In this document: positions 55,850-64,000 of the stretch, piece by piece
Layout of the letters: the number at the start of each line of letters is the position of its first letter
How positions within the stretch are numbered: position 1 is the stretch's first letter
From: Reclinomonas americana ATCC 50394
Taxonomy: Eukaryota
NCBI GenBank assembly: GCA_048213135.1
Contig: PS015009.1
Span: 558,001 to 622,000 of the forward strand
Direction of reading: 5' to 3'
Length of the DNA: 64,000 bases
The notes under the pieces: generated by a model
The model's input: the letters and a program-made list of their open reading frames with translations, nothing else
Databases searched by the model: none
What the model was told of the DNA's origin: nothing
Translations under genes and position numbers: made by a program

Positions 55850-58800
55850 TCAGGGTATGGACAGCTTTACGGTGCGGGTGCCGTTGTCCGTTACTATTTT
55901 CAGCAGGTACAATCCTTTTGCCAAACCGGAGAGATCCGCCTGGTTCAACCGGCCCTGCAACAGGACAGAACTGACCTGCCGCCCTGCGGGATCAACAACA
56001 ATGAGCCTGCGGCAGTTAACCGTTGAGGTTATGTTGAGTTGGCCCCCGGTAAGCGGGTTGGGGTAAACACGGACATCTTCTTCCGCGGCATCAAAATTCA
56101 GTTTCCGCACAGGAGAATAACTGAAATGTCCGTCTTTATCCACCATCTTCAGGCGGTAGTAGTTCCAACCACTGAAAGGAAGCGGGTCTGTGTGCTGGTA
56201 ATTCAGCCGGCCCGCGCTGTTGAGGGCCGTTTCATTTCCTATCGCGGCAAAATCGAGGCCATTGCCGCTTCGTTCAATAATGTATTGCGAAGTATTGATC
56301 TCGTTCTCCGTCGTCCATAACAGCAATGCCTGTTTGCCCTGCTTCATTACATCAAACGCAATAAGATGCAGGGGAAGAGGCTGATTACCGTTGATGCCGC
56401 CATTGTTGAGCCAGAACTCGCTGAAGCTGTTCACCGGAAATTCGGCGTAGTAGCCGTTATCGTAAGGAATGATCTCGGTGTTGGCTGGAAGAATATAACT
56501 GTAAGCACCGCCGAAGTTATCATCCAGCGTTCCGTTTTCCTGGACGGCTGTACCGCTGTACTTCGTCACGCCCAGTTCATAGGCATCCGCCGGTTTGCTG
56601 CAACTGCCACAGCCGGTGGCATTGATGAGACTTACCGCTTCCGCTTCCGTAAAATAAAAACGAACGGTGGTATAACCCGCGGGCTGGTTGGCCGGGCGGA
56701 TCACGATATTCCTGTTCAGGTAATATTGGCTGTTGCGGGTGCGTACCGTTCCGGAATAAGGATAACCATCAACAACAGTGCTGCCCAGGTTATTCCCGTT
56801 GGCATTAATGGAAGCCACTCTTCTTCCGCCTGAAGTGAAGTGCACCCAATTACTGCCACTAACCGTTTGCGTTAGTCCGGTTACAGATGTACCGGTATAA
56901 ATAAGTGCCTTGTCAAAAATATGGATATCATCCACCCCTACCCCGTCGGTATTCAGCGCGGAATTACTTGACATTACAATACGGAAGCGAACGGCAGTAC
57001 CTTTCACCGGTATGTCGATGCTGGCCACATGCCACCTGGGAATGGAGGTACGCCACTGGTTAGCGCCCGTAGGATCATTGTACCAGTTGGTGCCTGCGCC
57101 GTTGGTACCCAGTTTACTCCAGGTAACACCGTCAACGGAATATTCCACCCAGTTGTAATCCGTTGGAGTGGCATCTTCAATAAGAAAAATATGACTGAAA
57201 GACAGTACGGGTTGTGTAAGCGAACTCAGGTCAAAACAGGGAGAGTACAAATAAGAATACTCCCTGTTCTGGTAATTGGTCGTAAGACCTGTCACCCAGG
57301 CTTTGGTTCCATTAGCGGCTTTGCTGATCACTTGCTTACCCGGTATACCCCATTGCCAGCTGCTGTTCTGTCCGCCAGTATACCAACCGCCATCGCCTGC
57401 TTCAAAGCCTTCGAGGTAGGGATAGCTATTTACGAGTGCGCTGGTGTGTAAACGATAGTTGAGCACACTGTCATTGGCGGCATAGTTATCTGAAGGTTCA
57501 TCTACCCAGAAATCAAAAGTGTAACCGGTGTTGGCTGCAAGGTTCACCGGCGCCGGAAAGGTATAGCTGTTTACACCGGGTAATAATGTGCCGATGCTGC
57601 CTGCTACAGGTGCGCCGTTATTCACCCGGTAATACACGGGAACGTTATTAAAAGTGGCAGCGCTGTAATTTTTTATGGAAAGGGTAACGGGTTGTGATCC
57701 CGCCATGCCGCAGCCATTCACCGCGGGAGATGTTACCGACAATATACCGATGTCGCTGCTTACTTCCTGCAGCTGCACATCATCAAAAGTATAACCATCA
57801 TCCTGGTCAAGATCGGGGTAAGGAATATTGGCCGATGTATTTCCCTGCTGACCAAACTTCACCTGGAAGCTGGTGCCGATGGCCTGCACCGGCAGTACCG
57901 TATCCAGTACATCATTGATGTTGACAGAAGCATGTTTCCATCCACCCATGGCTGCCTGGTTGTACACAAGATCGTAGGCGTACACCCAGGGCTGTGTATC
58001 ATTGCCTCTTATCCATACTTTATTGTTCGGGTTATTGGCCTGGCCATGATTTTTATACCAGAAGTCCAAACGCAGCTGGTTGCCGGTATTGTACGTAGCG
58101 ATATTATAGGTCATCAGCAGGCTGTCAGTATTCAGCGCCGCGTTGTAAGGAAACTGGTCGAGTGTAACAGCTTTGCTGCCGCTGTAGGCGAAACCGGTAT
58201 TCACAAAAGTACGGGCACGTCCGCGTACAGTATTTGTTTTCAGATCGGCTTTATCAATACCGTCGAAACCAATGGTGCTGGTCGTATATGTTTTTACAGT
58301 TGCTGTTTCAAAGTCGTCGGTCACGGGCAGTGTGAGCGGCGGGTTAGCGATATTTTTTATAGTGATGGTGGTGGTATCATCCAGCACTTCATTGTCGCCG
58401 GTACGTTTCACCCATGCTTTGATCGTATACACACCGGGGGAAAGAAACGCGTTGGTTGCCGCGAAACTGTAGGTGTAGGTACCCAGTGCTGCCACCACGG
58501 TGGAAGAACTTTCATTAATGATCGCTCCGCCATTGACCTGGTAATACAATTGGTAGGTGCCCGACGATGCCGCATTGTCGAGGTTCTTTATGGTAAGCCT
58601 TACCTGTTCCGATCCTGTGAAGGCCGACGACGTAAGTTCCCTGCCGCTTACCGGTGCAATAATGGAGACGGCTTTAAAATTATTATCGTAAGCAGGCAGA
58701 CTGCAGGTACCGCTTGCCGGGGTAACCGTAACCGCTACAGAGCGTCTTCCATGCTCCGCGTTGTTTTTTGCTCTTACCGAAAACCAATACGCGGTTGAAC

Positions 58801-61129
58801 TGCTGAGCCCTTTTACCAGGTAATTGAGCGATGTGGTGTTGGCGATCACCGTCATGGTATCACCCATCAGTTGCATAACATCGTAAGAAGTAGCACCGCT
58901 TACTGCGGTCCAGCTCAGTTGTACAAAACCTTCGCAGGGTACGGTTTGACTAATGACCGGTTGTCCCAGCACAATAAATATGGTATCGCTTACATCGCTG
59001 TAAACGGAAGCGTTACGTTTTACCCTGATGCGGCCGAGGTTGGTAACCGTGGAAGGCACCACCCAGGGAATGGATTTGCTGTCTGCCGGAACACCATTAT
59101 TGATGGTCGTCCAGTTGCTGTTGTCATCGGTATATTCAACAGTGAATGTTTTGCCTTCATCACCGAAGGCCGTCCACCTGATGTTCTCCGTTTCACCGGG
59201 CACCCATGTTTCGCCGCCGAAAGGGTGCTCTACGGTAATACCATTCATATCGAACTGGTAGGTTACCACGTAATCCTGCGTGCCCTGCGGTATGGAGAAT
59301 GCGCTGATATTGATATTGTAGTTGCCTGGCGTTGGATCTTCAATCACCACCTGTTCCATATTATTGATGTGATCGACCTGTGGTGAAGCTTCCTGTTGTA
59401 CATTGGCAGGTGTTGCATCGGGAACAAGCGGCAGGTAAGGGTTGGATGATGGATCGGTAACTACAAGATCGAGATCATTCACCAGCGTACTGGCAGCATT
59501 GGGCAAAGCCGATGTATCCGCCCAGTACAGCATTACCTTCAGCCAGCGTACACCCGCCGGTACTGTTATGGAATAAGACTGCGGCAACCCGGTACTGTTG
59601 CCCGTAAAGAACTGGTTGGCTTCCAGCGCCTCCACCGCCCTGCGTGTATTGAGCATGCCAAAGCCATAAGTAAAATCAGGACCATGCTTGCCAAGATCTT
59701 CAGCCGTATTGCAAAGCAGGGCTTTTATCAAATCGGCACGGGGCGTAGCACCGCCGAAAAGCCGCCTGTATTTTTCATTGAGCAGGGCCGCGGCACCGGT
59801 AACCACAGGGGAAGCCATACTGGTACCGCTGTTAACACCGTAAGTATTGTTTTGTCTTGTTGATATCTGCCACTCTCCTTTAGCCATGATCTCCGGTTTT
59901 ATCCTTCCGTCGTTCACAGGGCCCCGGCTCGTAAAATCAGTTCTCCGGTAATTGGAATCAACGGCGCCAACGGTGAGTACATTCTTGGCCGCCTGCCAGC
60001 CGCTTTTAACGGTAGCAAAGGAATCGGGATAAGGCGAACAGGTATACCCGCCATCATTGCCCGCCGCGAAAATGTGCAGCAGCGTTTTGTTCTGCCGCAT
60101 CTGGTTATCTACATACTGGCTCAGTATATCATAAACCCCGGCGCCCCCGCAGCTGTCATCTGCATCGGTATAAGAGTTGTTGGTGGCCACCAGGTTATTA
60201 TCGGTAACGTATACCGGCGCATTGGTAACAATATCGCTGAACCAGTGGCTGATGAGCGTGGAACGCGGCGCCATCCCTTTATACAAAGGATTGAGTATAC
60301 CTCCACCACTAACGGTACCGGATACATGTATTCCGTGGAAACTGATGGGGAAAGGTACGCGGTTGATGACCCGTGCTGAAAAATCAACATGAGCGGTGCT
60401 GATCTCTCCATTATCACCTACACCCACTACTACATCTTTACCATTGAGATTTTGTCCCCATGCTGATTGCAGTCCGCCTATACCATGCATGGCCGTGCTG
60501 TTATAGTTCAGTTCTTTTTCTTTGAAAGATTGCCTGCTGAGCGAGGCCACAAAAGGAAGGGCAGCTATACCTGCGATGACATCTTTACCGGGCCTGATAA
60601 AAATGATGCCCGGCGTGTTGAATTTTGTTGTCACCAGAACGGCGCCCAGTGATTGCAGTTGGGCTTCCGCTTCCGCTCTGCTGATGCCGGGTATTAAACC
60701 CACTGCAACAGGATCCTGGGAAAGCGGTTTTGCATCCGCCATAACAAGTGCAATATCGCGGTCATACTTATACAGAGCGGGAACCACGGCTGCGGAGTGA
60801 ATATGCCATGCCGCAGCATCTGAAAAATTAAACCCTTCCGCCACGCTGGCGAAATAAGCATTGGATGGAATATAGGCCCCCAGTTGTATACCTTTTGCTT
60901 CCAGTTGCCGCCTTACAGCAATGGATGGTAGTTCGGTAAACCGGAGCAATACATAATAGCGACCGGCATATAGGGACGGGGTAATTTTTTCCTTTTGAGT
61001 CCAGGGTCCGCGGAATGCGTTTTCAGCCGTCAACACACCATTGGCAAAACGGACCGGTTGAATGGCCTCCTGCCCGCGTACAGCCAGCAGGGATAAAGCA
61101 GTAAAAATGAAAAGATAGAGTTTCTTCAT
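55850..61129 (-). CDS. S8 family serine peptidase with accessory beta-sandwich/FN3 domains and a T9SS type A sorting domain
   Basis: 1759 aa; signal peptide; triad VGVGD, HGIHVSG, GTSMASP; oxyanion AAGN; C-terminal VYPNP..LAKGLYLLKI..TVKL. Confidence 0.92.
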   Translation of the reverse strand: MKKLYLFIFTALSLLAVRGQEAIQPVRFANGVLTAENAFRGPWTQKEKITPSLYAGRYYVLLRFTELPSIAVRRQLEAKGIQLGAYIPSNAYFASVAEGFNFSDAAAWHIHSAAVVPALYKYDRDIALVMADAKPLSQDPVAVGLIPGISRAEAEAQLQSLGAVLVTTKFNTPGIIFIRPGKDVIAGIAALPFVASLSRQSFKEKELNYNSTAMHGIGGLQSAWGQNLNGKDVVVGVGDNGEISTAHVDFSARVINRVPFPISFHGIHVSGTVSGGGILNPLYKGMAPRSTLISHWFSDIVTNAPVYVTDNNLVATNNSYTDADDSCGGAGVYDILSQYVDNQMRQNKTLLHIFAAGNDGGYTCSPYPDSFATVKSGWQAAKNVLTVGAVDSNYRRTDFTSRGPVNDGRIKPEIMAKGEWQISTRQNNTYGVNSGTSMASPVVTGAAALLNEKYRRLFGGATPRADLIKALLCNTAEDLGKHGPDFTYGFGMLNTRRAVEALEANQFFTGNSTGLPQSYSITVPAGVRWLKVMLYWADTSALPNAASTLVNDLDLVVTDPSSNPYLPLVPDATPANVQQEASPQVDHINNMEQVVIEDPTPGNYNINISAFSIPQGTQDYVVTYQFDMNGITVEHPFGGETWVPGETENIRWTAFGDEGKTFTVEYTDDNSNWTTINNGVPADSKSIPWVVPSTVTNLGRIRVKRNASVYSDVSDTIFIVLGQPVISQTVPCEGFVQLSWTAVSGATSYDVMQLMGDTMTVIANTTSLNYLVKGLSSSTAYWFSVRAKNNAEHGRRSVAVTVTPASGTCSLPAYDNNFKAVSIIAPVSGRELTSSAFTGSEQVRLTIKNLDNAASSGTYQLYYQVNGGAIINESSSTVVAALGTYTYSFAATNAFLSPGVYTIKAWVKRTGDNEVLDDTTTITIKNIANPPLTLPVTDDFETATVKTYTTSTIGFDGIDKADLKTNTVRGRARTFVNTGFAYSGSKAVTLDQFPYNAALNTDSLLMTYNIATYNTGNQLRLDFWYKNHGQANNPNNKVWIRGNDTQPWVYAYDLVYNQAAMGGWKHASVNINDVLDTVLPVQAIGTSFQVKFGQQGNTSANIPYPDLDQDDGYTFDDVQLQEVSSDIGILSVTSPAVNGCGMAGSQPVTLSIKNYSAATFNNVPVYYRVNNGAPVAGSIGTLLPGVNSYTFPAPVNLAANTGYTFDFWVDEPSDNYAANDSVLNYRLHTSALVNSYPYLEGFEAGDGGWYTGGQNSSWQWGIPGKQVISKAANGTKAWVTGLTTNYQNREYSYLYSPCFDLSSLTQPVLSFSHIFLIEDATPTDYNWVEYSVDGVTWSKLGTNGAGTNWYNDPTGANQWRTSIPRWHVASIDIPVKGTAVRFRIVMSSNSALNTDGVGVDDIHIFDKALIYTGTSVTGLTQTVSGSNWVHFTSGGRRVASINANGNNLGSTVVDGYPYSGTVRTRNSQYYLNRNIVIRPANQPAGYTTVRFYFTEAEAVSLINATGCGSCSKPADAYELGVTKYSGTAVQENGTLDDNFGGAYSYILPANTEIIPYDNGYYAEFPVNSFSEFWLNNGGINGNQPLPLHLIAFDVMKQGKQALLLWTTENEINTSQYIIERSGNGLDFAAIGNETALNSAGRLNYQHTDPLPFSGWNYYRLKMVDKDGHFSYSPVRKLNFDAAEEDVRVYPNPLTGGQLNITSTVNCRRLIVVDPAGRQVSSVLLQGRLNQADLSGLAKGLYLLKIVTDNGTRTVKLSIP

Positions 61130-61337
61130 CCCGGGGGTTTATGCCTTATCAAAAATATCAATTAAACCATTGATAAGACAATATGGATAACGGTTTTGTT
61201 GCCCGCTTAGTATGAATTTCTGTCCATTTGGCAAGGCCTGAGCTTTTTCCCGGCAAAGAGCCGGGGAACACGGAGATTCACGTTCTGTTCCTCTCCTGCA
61301 TCAATCTGAACGGCACATTTCGTATCTTTGCGCCGCG

Positions 61338-64000
61338 ATGAACCTGGAGATGTTGCTGAACAGCTACGCCAACGACCCCCGCTGTAAATCCATAGCGGAC
61401 GGACTCTTATTGCCAGGCCCGCGGCACCTGCACCTTCGGGGCCTCCGGGGAAGCGCTTCGCAGTTCGTTCTCACCGCTATTTTCAACCAGCCCGGCACAC
61501 AACAGTTCAACCACCTGGTGATTCTCCGCGACGCGGAAGAAGCCGCTTATTTTCATAATACGGTAGAGAACCTCACACAGGCACTGGACATTTTTTATTT
61601 CCCTTCTTCCTTCAAGAATAAAAAGAATTACCGGCTGCTCAACAGCAGTCACGTTATGCTGCGGACGGAGGCCCTCACCCGTATCGCCGGCGGAGGCAAT
61701 AAAAAAATACTCATCACTTACCCGGAAGCCATTTTTGAAAAAGTATTACTTCCCAAAACATTGTCGGCCAATATCATTTCCATTAAACAGGCCGATACCA
61801 TCGACCTGAACGGGATACTCGGCCGGTTTGTGGACTATGGTTTCGAAAGGACCGATTTTGTATACCAGCCCGGTCAGTTCGCTTTACGCGGCGGCATCCT
61901 CGACATTTATTCCTACGGTAATGAAAAACCTTACCGTATCGAACTGTTCGGCAACGAGGTAGACAGCATCCGCATCTTCGACCCCGAAAGCCAGCTCAGC
62001 GAGAGAAAACTGCTGCAGGTAAGCATTATTCCCAACGTGGAAACGCAGTTCGACGACAGCGAAAAAGTAAGCCTTATTGATTTTCTGCCCGATAATACCG
62101 CGGTATGGATGGAAGACTGGACTTTTATCCGCGAAAAAATTGAACAGCAGGAAGAAGACCTTTCTATTTTCCTGGAGATGGTGGCCGAGCCCGCTACACG
62201 AACACCTGCCACAGAAGAAGAGACCGGCATTTACGAAAAGACCGACACTTCTGCTGATGATTTTGTTCCTGCTTCAGAATGGGAAAACCGCTTGCCGGCA
62301 AAGCACCTTATTGAGTTTGGTGACAAACCCTCCTTCCCGGGCGGAACCATTACTACTGTTAATTTTCATACACAGGAACAACCGGCATTCAACCGCCAGT
62401 TCGACCTGCTCATCAAGAACCTGAAGGAGTATGAAAGCAAAAAGTTCAACATCTACCTTTTTGCTGAAAATCCCAAACAGCTCGAAAGGCTGCACGTGAT
62501 CTTCACCGATCTTAAAGCTGAGATCAGTGTTATTCCCGTTGCCGTCTCCATTCATGAAGGATTTATTGACGAAGACCTGAAGTCGGTTTGCTATACCGAT
62601 CACCAGATATTCCAGCGTTATCATAAATACAAAGTGAAGCAGGCCTTCAGCAAGAACAAGGCACTCACGTTAAAAACACTCCGCGAGCTGCAGCCCGGCG
62701 ACTATGTGACCCATATCGATCATGGCGTAGGCGTGTACAGCGGCTTACAAAAGATTGAGGCCAATGGCAAAATGCAGGAAGCCGTTCGCATACAGTATAA
62801 AGACGGCGACCTGCTGTACGTTAACATTTCTTCGCTGCATAAGATCAGCAAGTACAGCGGCAAGGAAGGCAGCATACCTAAAATGAACAAACTGGGCAGC
62901 GACGTATGGAGCCGCCTGAAAGAGAAAACGAAGAAACAGGTTAAGGATATCGCTACCGATCTCATCCGCCTGTATGCGCAAAGAAAAAGCCAGCTGGGTT
63001 ATGCCCACAGTCCGGATAATTATTTGCAGACAGAGCTGGAAGCCTCTTTCATTTACGAAGACACACCTGACCAGGCCAAGGCCACGGATGATGTGAAACG
63101 TGATATGGAGAAACCTTCTCCCATGGACAGGCTGGTGTGCGGTGACGTGGGTTTTGGTAAAACGGAGATTGCGGTGAGAGCGGCTTTCAAAAGCTGCTGC
63201 GATGGCAAACAGGCTGCCATACTGGTGCCCACCACCATTTTGGCCTACCAGCACTACAAAACATTCAGCGAAAGGCTGAAGGATTTTCCCGTAACCGTAG
63301 ACTTCATCAACCGTTTCAAATCCACCAAAGAAAGAAAAGAAACACTGAAGAAACTGGAAGAAGGCAAGATCGACATTATTGTGGGTACACACGCCCTGCT
63401 GGGTAATGCCATCAAGTTCAAAGACCTGGGCGTAATGATCATTGATGAAGAGCAAAAATTCGGTGTGGCCGCCAAGGAAAAACTGAAACAGATACGCACT
63501 ACGGTTGATTCGCTAACACTAACGGCAACGCCTATACCAAGAACATTACAGTTCAGTCTCATGGGCGCACGCGACCTGAGCATCATCAATACCCCGCCGC
63601 CCAACCGGCAGCCCATACAAACGGAAGTGATGGTATTTAATGAAGATGCCATCCGCGATATGATCTATTATGAAACCGAAAGGGGCGGACAGGTATTCTT
63701 CATCCACAACAGGGTGAACGGCCTGGCGGAAATGAAGGGGTTGATACAGGGGCTTTGTCCCGACATCAGCATCGCCTATGCCCATGGCCAGATGGATGGC
63801 GACCAGCTGGAAGACACTATCCTCGATTTCATGGATAAAAAGTACGATGTGCTGGTGTGTACCAATATCGTGGAGAGCGGTGTTGACATTCCCAATGTGA
63901 ATACCATCATCGTACACAACGCCCACCAGTTTGGGCTGAGCGATTTGCACCAGTTACGCGGACGTGTGGGCCGCAGCAATAAAAAAGCTTTCTGTTACCT
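61338..64000 (+). CDS. mfd: Transcription-repair coupling factor (partial, runs past the window end; not in ORF track)
   Basis: Frame from ATG 61338 contains PGQFALRGGILD, DYVTHIDHGVG (RID), CGDVGFGKT, IIDEEQKFG, TATPIPRT and QLRGRVGRS; TATCTTTG -7 box at 61323-61330. Confidence 0.97.
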   Translation, partial: MNLEMLLNSYANDPRCKSIADGLLLPGPRHLHLRGLRGSASQFVLTAIFNQPGTQQFNHLVILRDAEEAAYFHNTVENLTQALDIFYFPSSFKNKKNYRLLNSSHVMLRTEALTRIAGGGNKKILITYPEAIFEKVLLPKTLSANIISIKQADTIDLNGILGRFVDYGFERTDFVYQPGQFALRGGILDIYSYGNEKPYRIELFGNEVDSIRIFDPESQLSERKLLQVSIIPNVETQFDDSEKVSLIDFLPDNTAVWMEDWTFIREKIEQQEEDLSIFLEMVAEPATRTPATEEETGIYEKTDTSADDFVPASEWENRLPAKHLIEFGDKPSFPGGTITTVNFHTQEQPAFNRQFDLLIKNLKEYESKKFNIYLFAENPKQLERLHVIFTDLKAEISVIPVAVSIHEGFIDEDLKSVCYTDHQIFQRYHKYKVKQAFSKNKALTLKTLRELQPGDYVTHIDHGVGVYSGLQKIEANGKMQEAVRIQYKDGDLLYVNISSLHKISKYSGKEGSIPKMNKLGSDVWSRLKEKTKKQVKDIATDLIRLYAQRKSQLGYAHSPDNYLQTELEASFIYEDTPDQAKATDDVKRDMEKPSPMDRLVCGDVGFGKTEIAVRAAFKSCCDGKQAAILVPTTILAYQHYKTFSERLKDFPVTVDFINRFKSTKERKETLKKLEEGKIDIIVGTHALLGNAIKFKDLGVMIIDEEQKFGVAAKEKLKQIRTTVDSLTLTATPIPRTLQFSLMGARDLSIINTPPPNRQPIQTEVMVFNEDAIRDMIYYETERGGQVFFIHNRVNGLAEMKGLIQGLCPDISIAYAHGQMDGDQLEDTILDFMDKKYDVLVCTNIVESGVDIPNVNTIIVHNAHQFGLSDLHQLRGRVGRSNKKAFCY

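Noticed and set aside
61407-63979. Short ORFs listed in the last 2.6 kb
   Set aside because: All overlap mfd, which the track omitted because its stop lies outside the window.

Overview
A 64-kb core-chromosome segment from a gliding Bacteroidota bacterium. It is most likely Chitinophagaceae-like; this is inferred from the TAnnTTTG -7 promoters, the lack of obvious Shine-Dalgarno motifs, gldB/gldKLMN and a T9SS-sorted protein. There are about 55 CDSs, mostly housekeeping: argD-like, rsgA, moxR-DUF58-batA, nadE, nadC, gpmI, uvrC, gldKLMN, hemD, hemW, gpsA, rnc-fabF-acpP, class II nrdJ, nfeD-flotillin, dtd, glyS, a large T9SS-secreted S8 protease, and mfd (runs off the 3' end). I saw no rRNA, tRNA, CRISPR array, transposase, integrase or prophage. 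The best leads are: (1) a four-helix-bundle (Avd/IVP-like) gene bracketed by inverted ~8-nt-period repeat arrays, with a solo copy of the same repeat 52 kb away and other 7/8-nt arrays in many intergenic gaps; (2) an unannotated ~60-nt minus-strand sRNA with its own promoter and terminator, whose 5' end is antisense to CUAUGAAAAA start-codon contexts; (3) an ECF sigma paired with a dual-membrane-spanning anti-sigma-like protein; (4) a coupled pair of a GH18-fold-like lipoprotein with altered catalytic residues and a large TPR-like exported protein; (5) recurrent promoter-to-ATG spacing suggesting leaderless mRNAs; (6) two +1 homopolymer frameshifts. All calls come from reading the sequence by eye; no database search was run.
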